Assembly: GCA_964645545.1 (NCBI GenBank)
Contig: CAZXZR010000001.1
Coordinates: 27,526 to 91,525 of the forward strand
Reading direction: 5' to 3'
Source of the DNA: an uncultured Gammaproteobacteria bacterium
GTDB lineage: Bacteria; Patescibacteriota; Patescibacteriia; Patescibacteriales; UBA12465
DNA: 64,000 nt
Numbering within the stretch: position 1 is the first letter of the stretch; every line of letters starts with the position of its first letter. The position numbers and the translations under genes were made by a program. This document shows, piece after piece, positions 46,469-56,242 of the stretch. Below the pieces are notes generated by a model. It did not search any database, was not told where the DNA came from, and saw only the letters and a program-made list of their open reading frames with translations.

Positions 46469-47578
46469 CTATCTTAGGGCGACAAATTTCTTCAACCACT
46501 TCTGATAAAACTCCAGATTATTCAGCTCGGCGAGACGCCGACCCAGGCCTTCGTCCACTTTGAAAAGATGGTGTAAATAAGCCTTGGAAGGGCGACGGAG
46601 TTCGGCAAGTGCGCTTTTTTTATTAAGCGCGGAAAAATCGCGGGCAAAGCGAGCGTTATTGATATTTATGGTTTCATAATCCCGAGCGCTCTTCCCTTCC
46701 TCGGCCAAAAACAAGCGGCCATGCCGGCCTTCGCGCGTGGGAATAACACAATCAAATAGGTCCCAGCCCATGTGAAGACAACATTTAATGTCTTCGGGGG
46801 TACCGATGCCAAGAGCGAAGCGAATGGCTTTTTCCGGAATAAAAGCGGCCGTGCGGCGCAAAACTTTTTCCAAAAATCGTCCCTCTTTATCCACGGGCCG
46901 GGCGCCGAAACCGTAGCCGTCAAAGCCGATTTCCACCAGTTCGCGGGCGCAATATGCGCGCAACTCCATATCCGCCCCGCCTTGAATGACAGCGAAAAGA
47001 AGCGGGCGGCGACGGCCCTTTAAACCGCGCCGCTTTAGCTGTTTTTCGTATTCTTTTTTAGAGCGTTTCGCCCAAGCGATGGTGCGCTCGACGGCTTGTG
47101 ACAATTCAACGCGGGAAAAGTCATTGGGCGGACAATCATCCAAACAAACCATTAGATCTGTCCCCAAGTCAAATTGAATTTGCATTGATTTCTCCGGCGT
47201 CAGTTCTTGTCGTGAACCGTCTAAAGGCGAAGAAAAAACAACTTTCTCGTCCGAAATCCGGCCGCGGCCGGGAGTTTTATGGATAAGGGAAAAAACCTGG
47301 TAACCGCCGGAGTCGGATAAAAGCGGTCCGGGCCAATTCATAAACTTATGCAGACCGCCGGCCGCCCTGATGACTTTTAGGCCGGGCTGGAGATATAAAT
47401 GCAAAGTATTAACGACTAAAGCCTCAGTGCCGCTGGTTTGGACTTCGGCCGGACTTAAGAATTTAACAAAACCGCGGGTGGCGTCGGGCAGAAAGGCAGG
47501 CGTTTTTAAAAAGCCGTGGGCGGTTTTTAAGACGCCCAAACGCGCCCCCGATTTAGTTTGTCGTTCTATTTGGAACAT
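46469..47578 (-). CDS. tgt: Queuine tRNA-ribosyltransferase lacking the canonical zinc-binding Cys triad. The start is probably MFQIERQ at 47578; the ORF track extends to 47611.
   Basis: LSDSGGYQVFSL and DLFDCVIPTREGRHG catalytic motifs. The CxCxxC positions are replaced by S/A/E, while the AYLHHL histidine region is kept. Confidence 0.82.
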   Translation of the reverse strand: MFQIERQTKSGARLGVLKTAHGFLKTPAFLPDATRGFVKFLSPAEVQTSGTEALVVNTLHLYLQPGLKVIRAAGGLHKFMNWPGPLLSDSGGYQVFSLIHKTPGRGRISDEKVVFSSPLDGSRQELTPEKSMQIQFDLGTDLMVCLDDCPPNDFSRVELSQAVERTIAWAKRSKKEYEKQLKRRGLKGRRRPLLFAVIQGGADMELRAYCARELVEIGFDGYGFGARPVDKEGRFLEKVLRRTAAFIPEKAIRFALGIGTPEDIKCCLHMGWDLFDCVIPTREGRHGRLFLAEEGKSARDYETININNARFARDFSALNKKSALAELRRPSKAYLHHLFKVDEGLGRRLAELNNLEFYQKWLKKFVALR

Positions 47579-47610
47579 AAATAATCTCCGGCGACGGCAA
47601 ACCCAAGACA

Positions 47611-49608
47611 CTATTGCACGCGGCCGGAATTGCTCAAACCGGCAATATCATCGTCTTCCAATTTGCTTGTTTTCGCTCCGGTTTTCTGGGTAATGAGGGC
47701 TTTGGTTTCCGTGTCCATGGCCGTGATCGTTGAACCCGGCGACAAAACCAAAATTTTATCGCGGTCGTCTTCGCCGGGCGTCAAGCTGATGTTGAAGGCG
47801 GCCGTGGTCTCATAAACGGAAAGCGGCAAGCGACCGATGTTCCAAACCACTTGGCGGGCGCTTTCGTTATAGTTTAAAGTGCCAACTTGGGTTTCGGCGC
47901 TGTCATCCCAATTGACTTCGGCCGGCAAACTAAAGACTACTTGGGCATCAGAAAGCTCGTGCAAATCGTTTTTAACCGTCCAATAGACGCGGAAACTACT
48001 TTTTTGGCCAACGGCCGGGGGCAAAGGTCCGGAACCGACGGGAATATTATTCTCGTCAAAATAACGGATCTGTTCGTTCAAAAACAAGTCGCTGTTAATG
48101 TTATTGGCCACGGTATTACTTTTATTGCTGTCACCTTTTATATCCTGGCCGTTAACGCTGTATTGAGCGTAAGAAACCACGGCCGTGTTTTTACCTAAAT
48201 CAGTGGCGCTAAAGGATTTCAGTCTTAGAAAAAAATCTATTTCCCCTTCTTGACCCGGCTTAATTTCCGCCAAGGCCGGAATCTCCTCTTTGGTCCAAAT
48301 AATGGCGCCATTTTCCGTCACTCCGCCCGCGGCATCGCTTAAGGAATTCCAGTCCAAAAAGTCGCCAGTCAAAGAGGCTAAAATGGCCACATTGGCAAAA
48401 GTATTGTCGCCTTGGTTGCTATAGGAGAGTAGGTAGTTTAGGGTCTGGCCGAAATTGACCGCCTGGTCGTTCTGCGAGCCGTTGACGAATAAAGTCAGGT
48501 TCAGGCCGCTGGTTACCAAAGTCGGCGTAATCGCCTTTTCCCAAAAAACATCGGCCTGGCCGTTAGCCAATTTTTTCTCCAAACGCACGGTCACCGTGGA
48601 GGAAGCGCTCTTCTGGTTAATGATGAAGAAAAGGGGGATTTCCTGACGGCCTGACTCCGGCCCCAAACCGCTCACCTGCCAGCTGGAACCGCCGCTTTTA
48701 GTTATCGTCACCGGGCCGGAGGAAGTAGCCGTAGTGGTCGTCGTCGTCGTCACGGGCGGACTGGTCGTAGCCACGCCGGCGTTGGCCTCCGGCGGCAAAG
48801 CGAAGGTGATGTTAAAATCGCCCAAATAATTATTTTCTACTGCGGATAAAATTAAAGTCATGGCATTTTCCTGCTGCAAAAAAGCGGTCTGGTTATATTG
48901 CAAATCGGCCGTAAAACCCGGACCGGAAACTAGGGTGGAAACGGAGGCTTCTTTTTTAAATTGACTGGACAAGCCGTCGGGAGCGTAGCTTAAACGGGCG
49001 AAGGCGATATTGACCGAACCGGGTTGATTAATGAGTTGGCCGGTAATGGTTAAGCTAGCATTGGCGCCGCGGGCCATATCCTCTAAATCCCAGCCGTAAT
49101 CATCAGTCGTCGGCGGCAAAGAAGCGTTAAGGAAGACGAAATTATTCGGATACTGCATTTCCAAATGGACTTGCGTCAAGCTAAAGCGGGTGGCGTTATG
49201 GTAATTGATGGTATAGGAAAATTCCTGGCCGGCAATGACGTTTTCTGGCGCACTAAGTTTAAGTTCCACGGCGCTAAGGTCGTTATTGGCCCGAAAGAAA
49301 AAAATGTAAGCGCCGTAAAGCAGGGCGGCTAAAAGAACCAAACCCAATAAGCGGCCAAAAAAACGCCGCCAAACGTGGCGCTGCCTGACGTTCATTTTTC
49401 TCACGTTTATCAAGCGGCCGTTCTTATCGCGATAAATTTCCGACAAGTGGGAATCAATTTCCTGCTGGCGCGCCTCTTTTCTCACTACCCGTTCAAAGCT
49501 GGCCACTTCTTTAGGGCTCGGCATCGGCCGCTCCACGAAGGAAGACAGACCGCTCCGGCGCTGGCGTTCAATTTTAAACTTTTGCCTGGATTTTTTAAAA
49601 TCACTCAT
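47611..49608 (-). CDS. Large membrane-anchored surface protein (paralog B). It has Thr/Ser-rich linkers and repeat/Ig-like domains. Its C-terminal domain is homologous to that of 4494..5543.
   Basis: N-terminal TM segment, a PPVTTTTTTTATSS linker, and a C-terminal match to paralog A. Confidence 0.6.
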   Translation of the reverse strand: MSDFKKSRQKFKIERQRRSGLSSFVERPMPSPKEVASFERVVRKEARQQEIDSHLSEIYRDKNGRLINVRKMNVRQRHVWRRFFGRLLGLVLLAALLYGAYIFFFRANNDLSAVELKLSAPENVIAGQEFSYTINYHNATRFSLTQVHLEMQYPNNFVFLNASLPPTTDDYGWDLEDMARGANASLTITGQLINQPGSVNIAFARLSYAPDGLSSQFKKEASVSTLVSGPGFTADLQYNQTAFLQQENAMTLILSAVENNYLGDFNITFALPPEANAGVATTSPPVTTTTTTTATSSGPVTITKSGGSSWQVSGLGPESGRQEIPLFFIINQKSASSTVTVRLEKKLANGQADVFWEKAITPTLVTSGLNLTLFVNGSQNDQAVNFGQTLNYLLSYSNQGDNTFANVAILASLTGDFLDWNSLSDAAGGVTENGAIIWTKEEIPALAEIKPGQEGEIDFFLRLKSFSATDLGKNTAVVSYAQYSVNGQDIKGDSNKSNTVANNINSDLFLNEQIRYFDENNIPVGSGPLPPAVGQKSSFRVYWTVKNDLHELSDAQVVFSLPAEVNWDDSAETQVGTLNYNESARQVVWNIGRLPLSVYETTAAFNISLTPGEDDRDKILVLSPGSTITAMDTETKALITQKTGAKTSKLEDDDIAGLSNSGRVQ

Positions 49609-49625
49609 AAATATTTTAACTTATT

Positions 49626-52169
49626 TTATCGCTTAATTTGAGCTAAAATCGCCCAATACTGGTCGCTATCGAGAGGGACGGCCACCTGCCAACCCTTATC
49701 ATCCGCCGGGGTCTCTTTGGAGCGCCAGAAAACGTTTAGGTTGTCGGGCAAAATTAAGCGGCTGGAAAAATCGTCGGCCGAAACGCCCGGTTGTTTTTGA
49801 ACTAACAAGGAATAAGGGATAAGCTCGGCGCTGTTCGGATTCAACCAGTCATTTATTTTCTTCAGCCAACTCTCGTCCGGAGCGGCCGCCAAAAAATTAA
49901 AAGGCAGGCGGTAGGTCAAAGTAACGGTAGCGCTTTCGCCGGGATCAACCATTAACCAATTGGCGAAAACGGTTTTGCCGTTTTCCGCATAGATTTTCGT
50001 GCCCGTCTCCGGCTCAAGAGCGGCCGCGTTCTCGGCGGCTAAAAGCGGGTCTTGGAGCCAAGTCGGGTCGGGCCGCTCGGTTAAATATTTAGGATCAGGT
50101 TTAATCCAGCCGGAAGAGGCGATCAGTTCGCTGCCTAAAGGCACGTAAATACGCAGCCAATCAACGTTACGCGCGCCGGTCAAAGCTTCATTCTTTAAAC
50201 CGGTGTGGGTGCGAGTGATCTTGACCGTGTCAATAATGCCGCCGTCAGAAGCCACCCGGCTTTCCTGCTCGATTTCTTCTTTCATTTTTTGGTCTGATTT
50301 TTGGCCGGCGATATTAGTGTTAACGACTAATAAGTAGTCGGCGGGCGCGGCTTTGATTTCCCCGCCCCAATTACGGCTGGCGACTTCGGTTTCTAAATAG
50401 GAATCGTTAAAATAGAAAAGCAATTGCTTTTCCGCCAAGCTGTCGCTAAAAGCGCTGATTAGATTTACAAGGTTGTCTGGAGTTAATTTCTGCGGCAAAA
50501 TCTCCAATATCTTGGCGGTCAAATCGCCGATAATTTTTTTCGGTTTATTATCGCTATTATTGTCCAAATCTTGTTCTAGAGGCAAAGAGGAAACGACGGG
50601 CACGGTCGTGGCAGCAAAACCAGCTAAGACTTCCGGATTAGTTTTAGCCAAATTATTAGCCTCCACTATCGTTTCCACGCTCGGCCAGAAATTGTCGGCG
50701 TCAATCGTCAGGCCGTATTCGCGGCTTAAATCTATCGGCCCGGTAATTTTTAACAGGCGCTCCACCACCGTCGGCGTCAAACTAATGACTCCGTCCACGC
50801 TCGGCCCCCCGCTTTTACTATAAAACCACATCAAGTTTTTCGCCGTCGTCGGCCAGTCCGGCCACCAATTAGCGTCCCAAAAATGCCACAAAGGATTGAC
50901 CAGCCACAAGGGTTCGGGCGCCGCCACCAAGACTTTTAAACCGGCCTCGGTGTCGTAAGAACCGCCGCCCGGCACCTCTAAATTACTAATTTCTCCTTGG
51001 CTAACGTCCATTAAAGCGTAACTGCCCAAGAAACCGCCGGAGGCGCGCAGTTCGCTATTGTTTTGAAAAACCAAAAGGTAACGTTTATCGCGGCTTAGGC
51101 CTAAAACTTCTTGTAATTTGTCGACGCCAGCGATAAAATTAGCCAAGCCCGTGGCCAAAAGGCCGGCTTCTTGGTTTAAAGTCTTAAATTGCTCGCGGTA
51201 AGCCAAAGGTAAATTATCCAGATTGATTTTATCCAATTCCGTTTTTAAATCTTTGGCGTTAGCGGCGGCCAAATGCCCGGAAGCAAGAAAATTTTCCAGC
51301 TTAGCGGCCAACTTTTCCTGACTATCATTAAACAGGCTGTCGGTGGCCTTAACTAAATTACTGCCCAAAGAAGCGGCCAAAGCGCCGGCGGCCATAATCT
51401 TCTTGCTCTCGGCCGCCATTTTTATTTCCGGATCGCGCGCCAAGGAAGCGAAAGTGAAGAGGGCGCTATTGATGTCGTTTAAACTGCTTTGCGCCGCCAA
51501 AAAATTGGCCCCGGCCGCCTGGAATTCAGAGCCAGCCGCCTGCAAATCCAATCTCGTCGCCGAATCCGTGGCCGCCAAGAGATTATTCAGGGCCAAATGG
51601 GCATGGGATAAAATTCTTTCTTCCCAAGCCTTTAAATGGAAAATTTTGGCGCTAGATAATAATTTTAAAGGCAAAATGATGATTAATAAGACAATGACAA
51701 AAGACAATAAAGAGCGATACCAATAAACGCGTCTTTCCGAGCGCGCCAAACGTTTTTCCAAATCGCCGCACCGCGGGCGCCGCGCCTGCGGCCGGGCGCT
51801 GAAAATTTTCTTTTCGCGGGCGATAATTTTCTGCCAATAAGATTGGCGGCGAGACCGAGGTTTTAAACGGCTGAAAAAACGGCGAAGCGCGAGAAAAATT
51901 GCCGGCCGCCGGCTTTTTGTCCGCCAAAGACGCCCCGGCTTAGCGGCGAGATTGGGCTGAATTTTTTTAAACGCCGTTTCCAGTCCGCGCCAGCCGGCGT
52001 TGATTTTTTCACTCCAATTCTGACCGGTTTTTCCCCTTTTTCCCCAAGTCTCTTTGGCGGCGCGGCGGGCCTTAAGAGCTAGAGGACGTAGGTCCACGAC
52101 GAAATTGGAAAAGCGCTCGCGTTCATTAGCGCGCTCGCGGCCGTTTAAATTTTCCGGTTTCTCGCCCAT
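49626..52169 (-). CDS. DUF4012-like envelope protein (847 aa) with a basic N-terminus and one TM segment.
   Basis: Motif NNSELRASGGFLGSYA recalled as characteristic of DUF4012. The assignment is from memory and not verified. Confidence 0.55.
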   Translation of the reverse strand: MGEKPENLNGRERANERERFSNFVVDLRPLALKARRAAKETWGKRGKTGQNWSEKINAGWRGLETAFKKIQPNLAAKPGRLWRTKSRRPAIFLALRRFFSRLKPRSRRQSYWQKIIAREKKIFSARPQARRPRCGDLEKRLARSERRVYWYRSLLSFVIVLLIIILPLKLLSSAKIFHLKAWEERILSHAHLALNNLLAATDSATRLDLQAAGSEFQAAGANFLAAQSSLNDINSALFTFASLARDPEIKMAAESKKIMAAGALAASLGSNLVKATDSLFNDSQEKLAAKLENFLASGHLAAANAKDLKTELDKINLDNLPLAYREQFKTLNQEAGLLATGLANFIAGVDKLQEVLGLSRDKRYLLVFQNNSELRASGGFLGSYALMDVSQGEISNLEVPGGGSYDTEAGLKVLVAAPEPLWLVNPLWHFWDANWWPDWPTTAKNLMWFYSKSGGPSVDGVISLTPTVVERLLKITGPIDLSREYGLTIDADNFWPSVETIVEANNLAKTNPEVLAGFAATTVPVVSSLPLEQDLDNNSDNKPKKIIGDLTAKILEILPQKLTPDNLVNLISAFSDSLAEKQLLFYFNDSYLETEVASRNWGGEIKAAPADYLLVVNTNIAGQKSDQKMKEEIEQESRVASDGGIIDTVKITRTHTGLKNEALTGARNVDWLRIYVPLGSELIASSGWIKPDPKYLTERPDPTWLQDPLLAAENAAALEPETGTKIYAENGKTVFANWLMVDPGESATVTLTYRLPFNFLAAAPDESWLKKINDWLNPNSAELIPYSLLVQKQPGVSADDFSSRLILPDNLNVFWRSKETPADDKGWQVAVPLDSDQYWAILAQIKR

Positions 52170-52231
52170 AATTATTTTCCGGCTTCCCGCCCCAATTAAA
52201 ATATTAAATCTTAAAAATCTAATTTAAGGCT

Positions 52232-53458
52232 TTAGCGGGCCGACAGCGGCCTTGGCGGCGCCAGAATTTGCCGGTAAATTTCTTCGGTCTGGCGCGCGCA
52301 TTCCCACCAATTATATTTTTTCGCCTGCCTATAACCCCGCCCTATAAGCTCACGGCGCAAATTTTCGTTGGCCAAAACCGAGTTAATCTTATTAAACATA
52401 TCCTCTTCATCAACGGGATTAAAGTATAAAGCGGCGTCGCCCAAGACTTCCGGCAGACTGGAACTGGCGGCACAAACGACCGGACAGCCTTGAACCATGG
52501 CTTCCAAGGGCGGCAAGCCGAAACCCTCATAAAGCGAAGGAAAAACATAGACCCGGGCCGATTGATAAAGGATTTCTAATTCGGCGTCGGGCACGTAATC
52601 AGGAAAGACGACCGGGCTGTTAATGTTTCCCGGCTGGAAGAGATTGAGACGGCGAGCCTCCGCCTCAAGCCCTTTGTAAAAATAGTCGCTTTTACCCACC
52701 AAGACCAAGCGCAGGTTCGGCCACAAAGCGCGCAAACGGACGAAAACTTGCAAAAGCCTTTCCAAATTCTTATGGGGATAAGCGTTGCCGACGTAAAGGA
52801 GAAAATTTTGGCCGCTATGACAATTAGCCAAGGTTTCCTCGCTGTCCAATTTGGCGACAAAAAGCGAGTCGCGACCCTTGGCTAAATTGGCCACGCCTTC
52901 GTAAGTAACAAGGATTTTCCCCGGAGGCAACTTAAATTTCTTGAGTAAATCGTTTTTAGTGAACTGGGAGACGGCGATAATGCGCCGGGCGCGGCTGACG
53001 GCCGCGAAAATGACTAAGCGGTAAGCCAAATTTTTCAGGCGGTAAAGCCAGGGGCTTAGGGTGGTCGCTCTTAGGGTCGGGAAATGGGTCAAGATAAGGT
53101 CGTGAATGGTAACAACGAATTTAGTCGGCGTCAAAATGGGCACGTTAAAATGGGGAAAATGCATCAAATTTACTTTTGCCCGCCAAATGTAAAAGGGGAA
53201 AAGCCATTGCTCCTTAAAGCTGTACCAAGGGATGTTAAGCCGCACTTTCCTGACCTTAGGGCCAGTGGCCGTGAATTCGTCGTAATTTTCCGGGCTTAAA
53301 AAAATTACGTAATTAAAACCGGTGCCGTCGCCGGTCGACGAATCGGCGCTAGTCAGCCTAATCAGGTTGTCCACCACTTCTTGCGTGTAACGGCCCAGGC
53401 CTTTGCCTACGGGTCCGTAGAAGCGGGCGTCAATACCGATAGTCATGAAGGTAGTCAA
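52232..53458 (-). CDS. Glycosyltransferase family 4 (GT-B, group 1).
   Basis: EGFGLPPLEAMVQGCPVV motif. Confidence 0.8.
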   Translation of the reverse strand: MTTFMTIGIDARFYGPVGKGLGRYTQEVVDNLIRLTSADSSTGDGTGFNYVIFLSPENYDEFTATGPKVRKVRLNIPWYSFKEQWLFPFYIWRAKVNLMHFPHFNVPILTPTKFVVTIHDLILTHFPTLRATTLSPWLYRLKNLAYRLVIFAAVSRARRIIAVSQFTKNDLLKKFKLPPGKILVTYEGVANLAKGRDSLFVAKLDSEETLANCHSGQNFLLYVGNAYPHKNLERLLQVFVRLRALWPNLRLVLVGKSDYFYKGLEAEARRLNLFQPGNINSPVVFPDYVPDAELEILYQSARVYVFPSLYEGFGLPPLEAMVQGCPVVCAASSSLPEVLGDAALYFNPVDEEDMFNKINSVLANENLRRELIGRGYRQAKKYNWWECARQTEEIYRQILAPPRPLSAR

Positions 53459-53507
53459 CCGGCCGCCGTCTTTTTTTACTTGGACTTAATATTCGGCCGG
53501 TAATAAT

Positions 53508-54980
53508 TTAGGTCGGCAAATTGGACGGCGGGGCCGCCTCTTTATGGCCTAAATCCGCTTCCGCTTGGAAAAGATCGGGCGGGTTGGCCGTGGCCGGCGT
53601 TTCTTCGGGAAGGGACGGCGGGACGGGGCGATTGTTAGTTTTAAAAATATCGGGCAGTTCTTGCGTTTTTTCTTCAGCTGCCAAAGGCAAGGAATAGGGA
53701 GCGTCGGCCTTTTTACCCGGCGCCCTTTGAATGAGCGGCGATTTTACGTTCGCTTCCACGGGAAAATGCCAAAGCGTGGCTAATTCTTCAATGTTCATCA
53801 GACCAGCCTGGCGGCCGCCGGTATTGGAGCGCTTCACGTAATTACGGAAAATCCGACGCTTTTTTTCCAACAAACGCATTTCTTTAAAAAAATAAGCGGT
53901 GCGGGTGGCTGTTTTATCCAAATCCGGCTTCAAAGCGTTTAAATCCATGGCCGTAAACTGTTTGATATAACCAATAAAGCCATTGACGACTTTCTTGACG
54001 TTCATAACTTCTTTTTTAGCCACGTAAACCATGCGCGTTTTAATGTCAAAACCCAATTTGGAAGCTTTGAACTGCAAGCCTTCCAACTGCCGTTTTTCTT
54101 TGGGGGAAAGTTCCATCATTGATTTCGGTTTCTCTTCTTTTTTAGGCGAACGATCAACGTCCTGCCAAATCGGATAAACGACTTCGCTTAATTCGCCTAA
54201 AGCCTCTAAGCCGACGCCGAATAAATCCCGGCGCGGTTTCTTGCGCCGCTCTAAAATTTTATCGGCCAGCCTATCCGCCTCTTTTATCCAGTCAAAACCG
54301 ATGGGGGTAATAATCATCTGCATCCATAGTTGCTCGCCTTGGCGCAAAGAACCGCAAAGATCCATTAAGGAAGCCATGGGATCCTTAAATTGCAGCTCGC
54401 TCGGACCGATGGGGTGTTCAAATTCCAAATAAGATTTAATCGGGTAATATTTGCTGGCGCTCTGTATGAATTCGCAACCCCAGAGGTCGTACTCTTCATT
54501 CGGCCAATGTTGCGGCATGGTCTGCGTGTAGTCGTCTACTTCCGTGATTTCCGCGTCCGGATACTGCGAGTAGACAGAGGATTCTATCAGGTTTCTGAAC
54601 TCCACCGGCGTCCAAATCAAAAACTGCGTGTAGCCCTCCTGGCTCACGATTTCATAGCTAAAAGATTTCTGAAATTCGCCGATAAACCACTTCTCAAAGA
54701 AATTTTGGGTGGCGTGCGCCCCGCCCAAATAGGTGAACATATTCTCCACCGCTTTAGGCGTCTGCTCATTGCCTTTGGGAATGTCAATGGCCAAAAGCAA
54801 ATGTTGATGGCTTTTCTTCCAATGCAACTGGCGCCAAAAAAGATAGACGCGGCGCATGCCGATAAGGAAGGTGATGGCGATCATCAGCCAGCCCAAATTA
54901 GCCATAAAAACCCAAAACATCCGTTCGGACGGCAAATTGAAAAACTGATTAATACCGGCGGTATTAATAACAAGGTCCAT
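53508..54980 (-). CDS. Membrane-anchored protein whose extracytoplasmic domain is a paralog of the N-terminal domain of the 10513..12978 ATPase. It has no P-loop and a Pro-rich C-terminal tail.
   Basis: Alignable blocks FSYEIVSQEG...YPDAEITEVDDYT...YYPIKSY against FSLEIVASHN...YPEAVIEEVEDYN...YIFPLKTY. Confidence 0.55.
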   Translation of the reverse strand: MDLVINTAGINQFFNLPSERMFWVFMANLGWLMIAITFLIGMRRVYLFWRQLHWKKSHQHLLLAIDIPKGNEQTPKAVENMFTYLGGAHATQNFFEKWFIGEFQKSFSYEIVSQEGYTQFLIWTPVEFRNLIESSVYSQYPDAEITEVDDYTQTMPQHWPNEEYDLWGCEFIQSASKYYPIKSYLEFEHPIGPSELQFKDPMASLMDLCGSLRQGEQLWMQMIITPIGFDWIKEADRLADKILERRKKPRRDLFGVGLEALGELSEVVYPIWQDVDRSPKKEEKPKSMMELSPKEKRQLEGLQFKASKLGFDIKTRMVYVAKKEVMNVKKVVNGFIGYIKQFTAMDLNALKPDLDKTATRTAYFFKEMRLLEKKRRIFRNYVKRSNTGGRQAGLMNIEELATLWHFPVEANVKSPLIQRAPGKKADAPYSLPLAAEEKTQELPDIFKTNNRPVPPSLPEETPATANPPDLFQAEADLGHKEAAPPSNLPT

Positions 54981-55140
54981 AATCTTAATTTACTTATATT
55001 TTAGCATATTGACGACAGGGGAACAAATACCCCCTCCGAAAAGAAGGCAAACAAAAACCCGGCCTTAAGGGCTGGATTTTTTATGAATTTAAGAAAAATT
55101 TAATTTTATACCTTATTTCTCGCTTACTTTATTGCTGCCA

Positions 55141-56181
55141 TTATTTCTGCCATTCCTTCAAGCCATAGGTGCCGCGGCTGGTCAGGACGTAGCGGTTGTC
55201 CAGAATAAGTTCGTTATGGACGGTGGCGGCGTTGGCCGTTTTCTTGTCAAATCTCATCTCATTTATTTTTTTGGTGATTTCCGTGAAATGCAGGGGAGCG
55301 CCCTCGTGCTTCAAAATCAGATAGATCTTGTCGTTGACCGTCTTCGGCTTGATTTCCTCCCAGTCGGCGAGGCCCCATTCCCCGTACTTATTCTGCTCTA
55401 AATTTTTAATGGCCTGCACCAAGGAATAGAGAATCTTGTTGTTGTTGATGATTTCCCCTTTGTCCGGGAAAAGCTGGCTTTTAAACACTTTCGTGATGTC
55501 GGCCGAATTCTCGTGCTGCAATTTTTCCTGATTTTTGTTATAGGCATCGAGTTTCTTCAAGAGATCTAAAAGTTCTTCGGTCGTGAAAGTCTTTTTCAGG
55601 GTTTCCACTTTCTTTAATAAGTCGCTGGCCAATTCTTCCAAATGCGTCACCGGCTCGTTTCTAAGTTTGAAGGAGGGATTGAAATAATCTTCGTCCTGGA
55701 CCAACTCCAAATCCTCGTTCAGCAGCCGTGAAATCAGGAAATTGAAATGATTGCGGTAAATCTGGCGGTTTTTTTCATAATCTGGATCATTGATATTGGC
55801 TTCATTATTAATTTCCAAAGTCATGACCGTCAAAATGTCCAAAAGATAATCGCGCCGTATCAGGCCGCCGTGTTCAAGCAAAAGATTTTGCACCGTTTCT
55901 TTTAAGGTGGCGATATAGCTTTGCAAATTTTCCAGCTTCTTGATTTTCTTGATGCTGGCCGCTTCAATTTGACGCACGCGTTCACGCGTCAACTTATGCA
56001 GGCTGCCTATTTTTTCCAAAGTTTCGCCTTTTTCGCCTTTCAAGCCGAAACGCCGCGACAAGATGTCTTTTTCGCGGTCCAAAAGTTCGGAAAACAAATT
56101 ATTGACGATTTTAATGGCATCCAGACGCGCCAGTTCTTCGGACTTTTCGTCGCGAATCATTTTTTCTAATAAATTTTCCAT
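55141..56181 (-). CDS. Putative transcription factor with an N-terminal sigma-70 region-4-like HTH and a C-terminal HARE-HTH-like domain.
   Basis: Region-4-like segment ETLEKIGSLHKLTRERVRQIEAASIKKIKK at residues about 50-80. C-terminus APLHFTEITKKINE...LILDNRYVLTSRGTYGLKEW matches the HARE-HTH pattern of RpoE-delta. Confidence 0.55.
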   Translation of the reverse strand: MENLLEKMIRDEKSEELARLDAIKIVNNLFSELLDREKDILSRRFGLKGEKGETLEKIGSLHKLTRERVRQIEAASIKKIKKLENLQSYIATLKETVQNLLLEHGGLIRRDYLLDILTVMTLEINNEANINDPDYEKNRQIYRNHFNFLISRLLNEDLELVQDEDYFNPSFKLRNEPVTHLEELASDLLKKVETLKKTFTTEELLDLLKKLDAYNKNQEKLQHENSADITKVFKSQLFPDKGEIINNNKILYSLVQAIKNLEQNKYGEWGLADWEEIKPKTVNDKIYLILKHEGAPLHFTEITKKINEMRFDKKTANAATVHNELILDNRYVLTSRGTYGLKEWQK

Positions 56182-56242
56182 ATAAAAAATAAGCTATTAA
56201 CTATTCAAGTCTTCCTTACTTTATCACATTATTTTACATTAG

